Source: Mobula hypostoma
Lineage: Eukaryota
Direction of reading: 5' to 3'
DNA length: 64,000 nt
NCBI RefSeq assembly: GCF_963921235.1
Contig: NC_086097.1
Coordinates: 97,528,001 to 97,592,000, forward strand
Every line of letters starts with the position of its first letter. Position 1 is the stretch's first letter. Position numbers and translations under genes: made by a program. Shown piece by piece: positions 1 through 12,187 of this stretch. The notes under the pieces are model-generated. The model did not search any database. It was not told where the DNA came from and saw only the letters and a list, made by a program, of their open reading frames with translations.

Positions 1-29
1 GGCCCAAACCCCTCTCTCTTACCTTCACC

Positions 30-620
30 TCTGTCATGCTGGAAACATCAGTACCCCAGAACACTGAGCTGCCAGTCCTGCCCATCACTCAATTGCTTTT
101 CTGTAATTGTTCTAATATCACAATCCCATGTGCCAATCCTTCCTTTGGTCATCTGCCTTTACTGTGAGGCTTCTTGCATTAATGTATATATAGTTTTGTC
201 CAATAGAACTGTTCTCCCTTGCCTATTGGCCTTTCTTTGTTTCATCTTTCTCATTTTATATAACATTATTTTGGGTTCAAGCCCCTGTACCAGACTAGCA
301 TAAACTGTCCTGAGTAACATGAGCAAAACTCTCTAAGAATATTGGTCCCCCTCCGGTTCAGGTGCAACGGTCCCTCTTGTACAGATCACTTCTTCCCTAG
401 AGGAAATCCTAATGGTCCAAGTAGCTGTAAGCCTCCCACCTGCACCAGCTCTGCAGCCATACATTTATTTGACTTATCCATCTATTGTGCACAGCTCAGG
501 AAGTAATCCTGAGATTACAACCCAAGGGATCCTGTTCTCCAACTCCTTATATTCAGTTCACAGAACTCATCTCTCTTCCTCTGATGTTGTTGGTACCAAT
601 ATGATGCATAACCTCTTTCA
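30..620 (-). mobile_element. Old CR1-clade LINE fragment (ORF1 esterase end / ORF2 start)
   Basis: Reverse complement resembles the CR1 copies at 38160-38800 and 52310-52900; degenerate, bounds approximate. Confidence 0.55.
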
Positions 621-3600
621 ATAATTAAAATCATTAATATACCAAGAGGCTACAACGAGATCTATGTAGAGATCACGAAAACAACGTAGAGATACACTGA
701 TAGGAGGGTTGTTACCATGATGCAATGAGAATTTTAAACCCTTAGTGTTACCACCCAGAAAGCCATACAAGTCAGCAAGCATTGGATTGACAGGATGGGA
801 TGGGATGCAATGCAAGTTAGGATATACGTTTTCCATTGTTTTGGAACAACTCAAGTCTATGTTGGGTCAATAGTGTAGGCTGGTCAGAACATTAGGATAA
901 TAAGCAATTGATCAGGATTTCAGTAGCAGATAATACGAGCATTATGGTTTTGAGAGATATTAGAGAAACTTCAAAACAGATAACACTGGTAAGGAATCTA
1001 TGATCTAAAACTCAGACCAGAATGAAATATATCATGAAGTTACTCAGGCCACTGCCTCGGAGTAGGAGTGTCCCATTTCAAACCAGCAGTCCCACAGAAA
1101 AGTGATCTCACCCTGTGAAGTTCCACTGAAAAGGGTCAGTCAATGTGGATTTATCAGCACGACCTCTCTTGGTAAAAAATGCATGAGTTATCAACCTCCT
1201 TTCAGTGCATCTCCACAACCCAACTTGTGAAAAAGAAACTAACCAGCATTCTGTGACTTATTTCAATACCTACTTGTAGATTCCAACATGGAAAACAAAT
1301 GTAATTAAAACAAAAAAGAAGTGAATGCCTTTTGAGGACTGAGAGATAAGTACAAAGAGGCGATTCCAGAATAGGACTTTGGCAGCTAAGCATTATGAAC
1401 TGGGCAAGAGGCCAGAATAAGGGGAAGACTGATAGCTCAGGAGGATGTAAGGAAAAAGTTAAATGTGATTCCTCCTTGCTAAAATAAAGTGGAAGTCTGT
1501 AGACAAAGTGCTGTTAGTTTGGGGTGTGATTGTTTTGAGAAAATACAAGAGAATCAATCCACAGCAATGATTTGAGACAGTTCAGAGACTACAAGTCTAT
1601 AGCCATAACAGTGGAAGATGGTGAAAAACATGTTTTTCATGGGAAGGTGAGGTAATTATGCATATCCAGGTACCAAATGCACAGAAAAGTACCAGTGTAA
1701 GGGGCTTTGAAGGGTATAAAGGGGCACCTTCTTGGTGCAGGGGAAGAGAGTTTTGTCCCAGGCTAGATCTCCAGTGTTCAGATAGAGTACTCTATGTCGG
1801 GAGAGTCAGACTTAGACTTACACAGAGGGGGAGAGGGAGAGACTGCATGAAAGTCTGTTGGCATTCCACAGTTTAGCTCATTTGCAGGACAATAAATATT
1901 ATTTTGATTTCTGTACTGCTACTACTTACTGCTTTTGAGATTTGTTTTTCTTTCTGTATTGCATTTGTGCTAGTTCTAATAAAGTGTTTTCTTGTGGCCC
2001 TGAACACCTGTGTTGACACCTTTTGTTTGCAAATCCCTGAGCTGAATAAGGAAAGAACATGTAGCATATTGTAAAATAATTATTGTTTACGAAGGATATA
2101 GAGTTGGAGGAGATTGCATAGCTAGAGAGCTTCCAAGTCATATTGTGTCTTGAAAACAAAAATGCTAAGATGCCAACTTAGATCCACTATCGTTATTTGA
2201 CAAGGATTGATGGAATGGGACACAGAGAGCAGGATTCAGGATGACCTCGTTCTAGATGTCTACACGAGGTAGAAAACAGGTTGGCTGAGAGTACATCAAA
2301 ACAGGAATACGATTTGAGATAGGGAACAAATTATGATGGTTTCAGTCTTCCCAGTATCTGGAAGAATTGCTACTATTCTTGTAACTAAATGCCTGCATAC
2401 AATCTGGCAATTTAGGAGCCACAGTACTGTACAACAGTCTGACACAGATACTGTATATACAGCTATGGTGCCTAAAACCTTTGCACTGTACTATATTCGT
2501 CAATGTGGAGCGGAGACTGAGTTTGTAAATCTGGCAGGAGCAAAGGTTGCTGTGAATAGCCAGCGTGGAGCACCATGGGAGGGGCGTGGGATATGTGGCA
2601 GAGTAGTACCGGGGTGGAGGGTGGTGTGGGTATGGGCACACCCAGACCTGAAATACCAGGCAAGGTCACTTGATTCCAAATAATTGATTTATTGATCATT
2701 AAAGAATGTCTCTCTGGTGATTCCCACTCCCTTCCTCTTTTCCCAACCATGATTCCCCTCTCCCTGTCCCCTCCCATTCTCAGTCCACAATACAGACCCA
2801 TATCAAAATCAGGTTTATCATCACTCATTTGTGGCATGAAATTTGCTGGGTTCATTTGTGGCAGCAGCACAGTGCCATACATAAAAATACTACAGTAGGG
2901 TGCAAAACTTTCAAGCACCCTAACTATATATGTATACATGCCCAAGACTTTTGCACAGTACCGTATGAAGAGATCAAAAAAGGTGATAATGAGGTACAGC
3001 TAGCTCCTTACATTTTGGAAATTAGCATCTTCATCTCGAGTTCGCATCTTCGATAAATCTATAAATATAATCAGCATTCAATAACCAAAATTCCTAAAGA
3101 AACTTGGTTTCCTAGAAATAAACCAAAAGTAACCCTAAGAAAACATTTCAGTGATGAGAATTTGGAATGCACTGTTAGAAATGCTATCAACGCTCTCGCC
3201 AAATTATTCAAAACTTAATTCTGGCATTCAAAATTGGCTATCTATCTGAAAGGAAAAGAACTTGGATAGCTATGAGATGCCAGGAGAACGGGAACAGGCT
3301 GGAACTGAGTCAATGGGACGAGTAGCCTCTTTATGTAAATAAATCATTTAAGGAATCACAGTGAGTTGCTTTATGTAGAACAACACACTGTGATTCCTTA
3401 AATCACTTATTGTAATTTGATCTGTAATTTGTTCAATTTGAAACATGGTTACCATGACTCTGTGGTCAGTTCACTTTGTTTAAATTACTCACTTCACGGC
3501 ATGTGCTCAGTTCAGAATCATTATGTTACCAAGCTTCACAAGGACTAGACTTATCTTTATCAAATTGTTAGCACCTTTGCTCACCTTCCTGGAGTGACAA

Positions 3601-3709
3601 ATGTGTATGTGGAATGGACAAGGATAACTGCCATTAATTGTACAGCCCAGAAACAGACCAATGTCATGCCAACCATGATTCTTCTCCATAAAACTGTAAA
3701 TATATGATA

Positions 3710-4790
3710 AAGCAACACACATCAATGTTGCTGGTGAACACAGCATCTCTAGGAAGAGGTACAGTCGACGTTTCGGGCCGAGACCCTTCGTCAGGACTAA
3801 CTGAAGGAAGAGCTAGTAAGAGATTTGAAAGTTGGAGAGGGAGGGGGAGATCCAGAATGATAGGAGAAGACAGGAGGGGGAGGGATGGAGCCAAGAGCTG
3901 GACAGGTGATTGGCAAAAGGGATATGAGAGGATCATGGGACAGGAGGCCCAAGGACAAGGCAAAGGGGGAAATGGGAAAGAGGTATAGTCAGAGGGACAG
4001 AGGGAGAAAAAGGAGAGAGAAAGAAAGAATGTGTGTATATAAATAAATAACGGATGGGGTACGAGGGGGAGGTGGGGCATTAGCGGAAGTTTCAGAAGTC
4101 AATGTTCATGCCATCAGGTTGGAGGCTACCCAGACAGAATATAAGGTGTTGTTCCTCCAACCTGAGTGTAGCTTCATCTTTACAGTAGAGGAGACCGTGG
4201 ACAGACATATCAGAATGGGAATGGGATGTGGAATTAAAATGTGTGGCCACTGGGAGATCCTGCTTTCTCTGGCAGACAGAGCATACGTGCTCAGCAAAAC
4301 GATCTCCCAGTCTGCTTCAGGTCTCGCCAATATATAGCAGGCCACATCGAGAGCACTGGACGCAGTATATCACCCCAGCCGACTCACAGGTGAAGTGTCG
4401 CCTCACCTGGAAGGACTGTCTGGGGCCCTGAATGGTGGTAAGGGAGGAAGTGTAAGGGCATGTGTAGCACTTGTTCCGCTTACAAGGATAAGTGCCGGGA
4501 GGGAGATCGGTGGGGAGGGATGGGGGGGACGAATGGACAAGGGATCCCTGCGGAATGCAGAGAGCGGGGGAGGGAAAGATGTGCTTAGTGGTGGGATCCC
4601 ATTGGAGGTGGCGGAAGTTACGGAGAATAATATGTTGGACCCGGAGGCTGGTGGGGTGGTAGGTGAGGACCAGGGGAACCCTATTCCTAGTGGGGTGGCG
4701 GGAGGATGGTGTGACAGTAGATGTGCGTGAAATGCGGGAGATGCGTTTGAGAGCAGAGTTGATGTGAAGAAAGGAAAGCCCCTTCCTTTA
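3710..4790 (-). mobile_element. Penelope-like retroelement, 5'-truncated 3' end (GIY-YIG remnant plus pLTR)
   Basis: Nearly identical to 56038-57150, which encodes GVIYCVRCSRCGLLYIGETRRRL. Confidence 0.88.
3763..3798 (-). ncRNA. Minimal type I hammerhead ribozyme motif in Penelope pLTR
   Basis: Minus strand reads AGTC-CTGACGA-AGGGTCTCGGCCC-GAAA-CGTC-GACT. Confidence 0.75.
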
Positions 4791-5199
4791 AGTCTAATTG
4801 TGTAAATCAAGAGTTTTCCTGTACCTTGTCTCTTTGATATTTCAGAATGGGGTTCCAGCCCAGCCGATTCTACGTTTCAGTTTTCCCTGTGTCACGACAG
4901 TCTGTCAACAGCGCTGTATCTCCGAATAAAAAGGAACATGGTGTCATCGAACAGAGGAGTTTATTTAATAAATTCGCTTCTTGCTCTTTACCAACTACCA
5001 CGCTTACACTCCAGTTCTGTGACTTCCTTGGCACAGGAGGGCTACTGGGATATGTAGTTCAGGAAAGATAGAATTCTAGGTTAATTTACAAAGTAAACTA
5101 CAATTATTTAACCCGTAAATTACAGCTGATGTGGAACATAAGCACGCTGGAATTCCTCTTAAGTCTTCTAACAAGGAACTCTATAGTATTTCGGGTTGT

Positions 5200-5640
5200 T
5201 TTACAGCACTCAGGCGATGTAATTCGGGAGGGTGAACTGCGGAGCGGGGTTGCTAACAGGGGAGACAGTGCGGACAAACTGAAGCCCAAGCCGGGAGGTG
5301 GGAGCCCCTCAGCCGCCCGAAACTCCGCCCGGTCGGTGCAATGCGCCACGGCCACGTCGGCAGCGCCCTCTGGCCGCCGGAAGACCGAGGTGTGCCCACC
5401 AGCCGGAGGCGGAAGTGACGGCGCGCTATGTGACTGAGAGGTGGCTGCCGTGCGCTGTGGGCAGTGATGATGTCTGGCCCAGCTGGAGGGTCCAGTTGGA
5501 TTTACGTTCTACTGCTCGGCGCTTTCCGAGTCGGTATCGCCGCCGAGGTGTCAAAATGGAGTATATCTGTTACCGAGGTAGGGCAGCGAGACGTCGGAGA
5601 ACCTGCGCAAGATACGGGAGAGGCAGGGACAGACGCTTGG
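5200..5640 (+). promoter_or_regulatory. CpG-rich TATA-less promoter / first-exon region of TMEM87A
   Basis: Locally CpG-dense; GC box CTCCGCCC near 5322, ETS core CCGGAAG near 5377, ETS-CRE composite CGGAAGTGACG at 5410-5420, all just upstream of ATG 5467. Confidence 0.75.
5467..5577 (+). CDS. TMEM87A: TMEM87A exon 1 (signal peptide; MMSGPAGGSSWIYVLLLGAFRVGIAAEVSKWSISVTE)
   Basis: ATG in CpG island, hydrophobic leader, SKW motif as in mammalian TMEM87A (DRSKWHI), donor GAG|gtaggg, phase 0. Confidence 0.85.
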
Positions 5641-5683
5641 AGGAGAGACTGGCAAAGTGGGAAGGGCTGTTGGCGGGGTAGGT

Positions 5684-6060
5684 GGGGAGGGTGGGAGGGT
5701 CTGTAGGGGAGGAGAGATGAGCGCAGGGAGGCAGCTGCGTGAAGGGGAGGTTGGGAGGGTCTGTAGGGGAGGAGAGATGAGCGCAGGGAGGCAGCTGCGT
5801 GAAGGGGAGGTTGGGAGGGTCTGTAGGGGAGGAGAGATGAGCGCGGGGAGGCAGCTGCGTGAAGGGGAGGGTGGGAGGGTCTGTAGGGGAGGAGAGATGA
5901 GCGCAGGGAGGCAGCTGTGTGAAGGGGAGGGTGGGAGGGTCTGTCGGGGAGGAGAGGTGAGCGCAGGGAGGCAGCTGTGTGAAGGGGAGGGTGGGAGGGT
6001 CTGTCGGGAAGGAGAGATGAGTGCACGGAGGCGTGGGGGGTTGCTGCGTGAAGGGGAGAT
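5684..6060 (+). repeat. G-rich 60-bp minisatellite, about 6 copies
   Basis: Unit CTGTAGGGGAGGAGAGATGAGCGCAGGGAGGCAGCTGCGTGAAGGGGAGGKTGGGAGGGT repeats in register from 5701 to about 6020. Confidence 0.95.
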
Positions 6061-6589
6061 TGAGGAGGTGAGAGCTGGGAGGTGTGGGGTGTGTTGCTGC
6101 GTGAAGGTTGGGAGGGGTGCGTGTGTTGTGGGGGGGAGGAACTAGAGTGTGAGATTGAATTTTGATGGGAGGTATTGAAGAAAGGTAAGATGTAAAAAGG
6201 GAGTGGGAGAATCCGGAGAGGGGTGTTGTGCGACTCTTAGGATGTGCTGAGAGTGTGGAGATAGAGAAAGATAAAGAATAAAGAGGAATTAGGAGAAAGA
6301 TGCAAATGGAAAGTGAGAAAGGGTTGCAGTCGGTGGAGGTGGAAACATTGAAATCCCATTTCCAATTGGACTTTTGGTAAAGTTGGAATTCAAAGAGTCT
6401 TAGCTATCTTTTGTAAGTCACTGAAAGCTGGCATGCAGGTGTAGCAAGTGATTTGAAGGGTTAATGCTATGTTGGCTTGTAATACAAAAGGATTTAAGTA
6501 TGGAAGTGAAAATGCGACTGTAATTATATTTATGTCCAGTTTGATGTATTGAAGTAGAAAGGAAGCAAATGTGAATCCTCCAAATATGG

Positions 6590-7093
6590 TCAGACCAATG
6601 CCTTAGAAAGCATCAGCATTACATCTTTGCTTTTTATATGTCTACTCTTCAAATGAATACAACATTGAATTTGTCTTCACTCAGCCTGCTGGGGAATCCT
6701 GCACGAGGACTCTGCACCTCTAATTTCTGAATTTGCTCCTGCTTAAAAAATAGTCTACTCTTTTATTCCTTCTACCAGGGTGCATGATCATACACTTCCT
6801 TACACAGTATTCCGTCTGCTCTTTTTGTCTGTTCTCTCAAACTGTCTGAGTGCTTCTGTAGACTCCCTGCTTCCTCAGTATTCCCTGGCCCTCTGCTGAT
6901 TTCTGTAACATCCACAAATTTAGCCCAAAAGCCATCAATTCCTTCATTCAGATCATTAACATATAATGTGAAAAGAAGCAAACACAACCCCTACCCCTGA
7001 GGAACACTACTAGTCAGTGCAGCCAATCAGAACGGGCCCATTTATTTCCACTCTTTGCCTTCTATCAGTCAGCCAATCTTCTGTCCATGCTAG
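6590..7093 (-). mobile_element. CR1 RT fragment interrupted by the Gypsy element (resumes at 14129-~14220)
   Basis: LLFTLYVNDLNEGIDGFWAKFVD motif; the sequence ccatgctag|...|ctggtatctatctgtaataccatggg is continuous across the LTR element. Confidence 0.8.
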
Positions 7094-7505
7094 TGTAACA
7101 CTTGGGGCTATCGACTCACGTTTGTCTAGGGGAAACCCTGTCCGCCCGCCAAACCGTGTCTCACGTTTGCGTAGATGCTGTGTAATGCACCCCGGTACAA
7201 ACTCACACATACAGCTAGAATAACAAGACTTCTGTTGGTTAGTTCTTCCGTTATCTATAGTTATAACCCAAACATTTCAGCTACAAAGATCAATTAGCAT
7301 TACAGAGAAGCCATTTTATTATTAGCAGTTAACAGTTACAATTACAGTTAATATCACTGAGAACCCTACATGTTTCCCCCACCGAATTTAGTCATGCCCT
7401 CATGACGTTCAGATAATTCGCCAACCCTTCCTGCAAAGCACAGAGCCCAATCCAAGTGCAGAAAGCAGTGACATGACTGCCCAAAACAGTAGAGATCACC
7501 AGGCA

Positions 7506-10500
7506 CTACTTAGGCCAACCTCTCTGGGGGGTGGGGGGGAGGTTCCTAATCCTCTGAGACCTCCATACCCCCTCTTCAAGCTCCTCCGGCTCAGACATGA
7601 CTGGAGACACTTCGGGGCTACCTGGCGAAACCTCCTGCGATCTGTCACTCAAACCCCTCTGCAACTCGGAGCCCCCTGTCTCGGGTTCAGGCCCCACCTC
7701 CTCTCCTCCTGAGTCCTGCTGCCCTCCCTGTTGCCCACCAACAGCCCCGCTCACCTCACCAGATGCAGTGGGAGAAGGGCCTGGAGTTTCTTCCTCCGTC
7801 ACGGGGAAGTTAACGAATGGCAGCACGTACCACTCATCCGAGTCACCACCCTCCGAATCAGTATTTCTTTCCACGGCTGGGCCCGGCCCCGTCTCTTTCA
7901 CGATGGGCTCTTCCCTCACCCCGCGCTTCCGCAGAGTCCTCGTATTAGGCGTAGTCTCCAATTCAGGCTCTTGGTCTACCTGTAGGGGCAATAGGTGGTT
8001 CCAGTGAAGTATCTTGACAGGCCCCTTCCCCTCCTCGGGCCTCACCCGGAAAACCGGTAGGTTTGGCATCTGACTCTCCACCACATAGGGTGTGGCCGCC
8101 CAGCGGTCAGCCAACTTGTGCTTTCCAGGTAGTCCCAAATTCCTTATGAGGACTTGGTCTTCGGGCAGGAGTTGGGAGAACTTCACAGAGGTCAATGGGC
8201 AACCTTGCCTCGCGCCCAGACATCAGATAATAGGGCGAATACCCAGTAGCCTCATTGCGTGTACATTTGTAACAGATGCCCAATATGTTGACGCCACCTG
8301 CTCTTTTTACTGATCTCCAGAGTCCCGAGCATGTCTAGCAAAGTCCGATTAAACCTCTCAGGCTGGGGATCGCCCTGCGGATGATAGGGCATGGTCTCGA
8401 TTTCTCAACTCCCAACATGCCCAGTAACTCATAGATGAGCTTACTCTCAAAATCCCGTCCCTGGTCACTATGTATCCGCCGGGGAAAGCCATAATGCGTG
8501 AAATACTTCTCCCATAACACCTTTGCCACTGTTGTCGCCCTCTGGTCCTTGGTAGGAAAAGCCTGAGCTTATCTAGTTTGGTGGTCTGTGTTGCTGGCAT
8601 TGGGTTCTATGGACAGAAAATCCATACACACCAGGTCCAGGGGCCCTGCACTCTGAAGGTGGGACAAAGGAGCGGCCTACACAGGCAGTGTCTTCCGGCG
8701 TATGCAGCCAATGCACGACTTGCAGTACTCGTCAACCTCCGACTTTATTCGGGGCCAGTAAAACCGGTCTTTGAGCAATCCATAGGTCTTTTCCACCCCT
8801 AAAGGTCCAGAATCATCGTGCAGTGACTTCAACGCAATCTTCCGACACTTCTCAGGCAGGGCCAACTGCCAACACCGAGGTTGGTCCGGGGGCGACATTA
8901 CCCGGTATAGAATTTGGTTCCTCAACTTCAACCGAAGCCATTCCCTGAGTAAGGGAGGCATCGAAATGTGTTTCGACTTCTCTGCCCACTCCATATCCCC
9001 CTTCTCCACCACGTACCAAATGGTGCCAATGCCTGGGTCATCTCACTGAGCAGCTGCCATGTCCCCTGGACTCAATTCCAGCAGCTGTTTGGTCTTCAGA
9101 GCAGTCAGCTCACAGTAAACTGGGGGTAGGGCATTGTCAGAAGCCCCCAAAGGGGATCCGGCCTCCCCTTTTCCTCGGCCTTCACGGTGATAGCAAACTG
9201 ACACATAGCCTTCACCCCAGGGGTAGGAATACTTTCCCACTCCTCGTCCCTCTCCAGTTCCTCATGCATAGTCATAGTCATACTTTATTGATCCTGGGGG
9301 AAATTGATTTTCGTTACAGTTGCACCATAAATAATTAAATAGTAATATGTAAATTATGCATGGAACTAAGTCCAGGACCAGCCTATTAACTCAGGGTGTT
9401 TGACCCTCCAAGGGAGGAGTTGTAAAGTTTGATGGCCACAGGCAGGAATGACTTCCTATGACGCTCTGTGTTGCGGTGGAATGAGTCTCTGGCTGAATGT
9501 ACTGCTGTGCCCAACCAGTACATTATGTAGTGGATGGGAGACATTGTCCAAGATGGCATGCAACTTGGACAGCATCCTCTTTTCAGACACCACTGTCAGA
9601 GAGTCCAGTTCCATCCCCACAACATCACTGGCCTTATGAATGAGTTTGTTGATTCTGTTGGTGTCTGCAACCCTCAGCCTGCTTCCCCAGCACACATGCA
9701 CTGGCCACCACAGACTCGTAGAACATCCTCAGCATCGTCCGGCAGATGTTAAGGACCTCAGTCTCCTCAGGAAATAGAGACGGCTCTGACCCTTCTTGTA
9801 GACAGCCTCAGTGTTCTTTGCATCCATCGGGACAAAGCGTCCGCATCGATTTTTTGGCTCCCTGGCCGGTACTTCAGGCTGAAATCATATACCGACAATT
9901 CCGCCAACCACCAATGACCTGTAGCATCCAGTTTCGCCAAGGTCAGGATATAGGTAAGCGGGTTGTGTCCGTCCTCACCTCAGACTTGACTCTGTAGAGA
10001 TAATCATTCAGTTTATCCACCACCGCCCATTTCAACGCCAGGAACTCCAACTTGTGGGTGGGATAGTTTCTCTCTGAGGGCGACAAACTCCGGCTGACAA
10101 ACGCTACAGGCCTCAACCCAGTGCCCTGATCCTGATACAGGACAGCCCCAATCCCTCTCGGCTGGCATCGGTGTGTAGTACATAGGACAATCAGTGGTTC
10201 GCAAAAACCTGCACCAGTGCCTGGGTCAGCAACTTTTCCAGCGATTTAAAAGCCTCCTCACATGTTGCATCCCAGCTCTGTCCAAAGGTCTCCAACCTCC
10301 CGTCCCCTGTCCCCTTTTCCCTTTCTTCCCCAAGGGAGGGTAACCACGCAGAAGCTGGTTCAAGGGGTGACTCACTTTGGCGTAGCCCTTCACAAATCTC
10401 AGATAATAACCACAGAACCCCAGGAACAAGCGCAGAGTGCTCACAGTCTGGGGCCTCAGCCATGTGGTCACTGCTTCTATCTTAGCTGGGTCTGTAGCTA

Positions 10501-12100
10501 CTCCATCTCACAAGATTATGTGCCCAACATAGCTAACAGACATCTTGCAGAACTGGCACTTGTCCAGGGAGAGTTTTAACCCTTCCTCCTTCAGTCAGCT
10601 TAGCACCTTCAGTAGTCTCGCTTTGTGTTCTTCCAAGGTGGATCCAAATGCTATCAAGTCATCCAAATACACCAACACTTTGAGCAAATTCATATCCTTC
10701 ACCACCTTCTGTGTCCTTCTGGAAAGTGGCAGGGGCTCCCAATATGCCCTGGGGCATCCTTTCAAACTGGAAAATCCCAGAGGGCATATAAAGGCCATCT
10801 TCTCTTCGTTGGCCTCACTCATTGGGATCTGGTAGTATCCACTCCTCAAATCCAGCACACTAAGCCACTTTGCCCCACTCAGGCCAGCGCGTCTTCGACC
10901 TTCGGTACCGTATACTGGTCAGGGTGGTGCGCCGGTTCAGGGTCCTGTGGTCCACGCACATGCGTACTTTGCGGTTCTTCTTCCGGGCCACTACTATTGG
11001 GGACGCATAAGGGCTTCAGGATTCCAAGGTGATCCCAGCTTCCTTCAACTGACTCAAGTGCTGCCGCACATCTTCCGCATCTGCAAGGGCCAGTGGCCGC
11101 AACTTGTCTCTAAACGGGGTGTCCTCAGTCACCCGGATGGTGTGGCGAGTGCTCTTGGAACAACCCACATCAAACTCGCCAAGGGAAAAAACATCTTCCA
11201 GCTTCAACATCATCTCCACCAACCTTTGCTTCCAACCTGGTGGCACAGGCGAGTCCCCAAAGTTAAAGGCCTCAGCAGTCAGCTTTCCTCTGTTTTCCAA
11301 TCGTTCCCCCCCACCAGACAGGCCTCACGGGGGGTGCTCGACATTACCATCACCGGGAGCAAATGAGCCAGAGGCACCCCTCTGTGAAAGGTGATTTTTC
11401 TCTTCGTGGTGTTCCTGACAACCACTGCCATCCTGTTCACCTGTACCACCAAGGGCCTCTGCACTTCGGGCCTCACCAGCATCCCAGACGGAAATCGCGA
11501 CTCCCCCTCGAGGTCTTCTGGGGCGTCCACTAAAAGGGCCTTGCCATCAGGCACTCAAGGAAATCTGGGGGTTCCCATCACTCTCGCCACTTTCCCGGAT
11601 CTCATTACCTTGGGCTTCGACTGGTGCACCACACAGTTCCTCGTTTAAATTCAGTATCCGACCCAGGGTGGCTCTGCACTTCTCAAAAGCAGCCGGAAAC
11701 ATTGGGTGCACAGCCCAGGTCTCAAAAGTTCTCATCCGCCCTCTCCTGACAGGTCCCCCATGAGCCTCCACACCACAGGGGTGTTGGTCCCCACCAGAAT
11801 TGACGCACCACCCATCTCAACCGGTTCCGGACAAACCAGCACTAACGTCTCCAGAACTTCAGACATCCCACCTTGGCTTCTGAAAACTCCAGCCTCACAG
11901 ACAAATACCTGTCATACGGATAATCACCAGCACTGACACCCCAAATCTCCAGTGCACTGAATGGGGTCAAGGGCAAATGCTTTAAATACTGGTTGTAAAA
12001 CGAACAGTATAGTAATGTGACCTGCGACTCCGTATCGAGTATGGCTTTAGCATAGATTCCCTCTATCCGTACCGACACGCTGGATCTGGGTCCCACTAAT
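7506..12100 (-). pseudogene. Gypsy pol remnant (protease, RT, RNase H, integrase), frameshifted
   Basis: AILDTESQVT (protease), LDLRSGYYQIPM and YLDDL (RT), LHDDSG..FYWP..YCKSCIGC and IHSDQGRDFES (integrase) in broken ORFs. Confidence 0.9.
9268..9820 (-). mobile_element. Rex1/Babar-like LINE 3' fragment nested in Gypsy pol
   Basis: CWGSRLRVADTNRINKLIHKASDVVG..ILDNVSHPLH motif; short tandem (catagt) tail next to a minus-strand AATAAA near 9283. Confidence 0.75.
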
Positions 12101-12187
12101 CCTTCTGGAATCGGATTTTTTTTTCTTTCGGGGGTTCCTTAGTACATCGCTAGGGACGTGTTCCCCCAGAGACACCAGGCTGTTCCC

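Noticed and set aside
2890..2965. Short imperfect palindrome as a structured RNA (similar at 19400-19465, 18220-18283, 28355-28440)
   Set aside because: The ends resemble DNA-transposon TIRs (CAGT.., CAGGGGTTCCCAAC), so these are most likely ordinary MITE remnants.
1930..3588. GANC or DEUP1/CEP63 identity for the minus-strand exon-like blocks
   Set aside because: No recognisable GANC N-terminal sequence; the SPCEA match is five residues flanked by stop codons.
5502..6145. Long ORFs (174 aa minus, 162 aa plus) with repeated peptides; CRISPR-like periodicity
   Set aside because: They are translations of the 60-bp minisatellite. The units have no unique spacers and there are no cas genes; the locus is eukaryotic.
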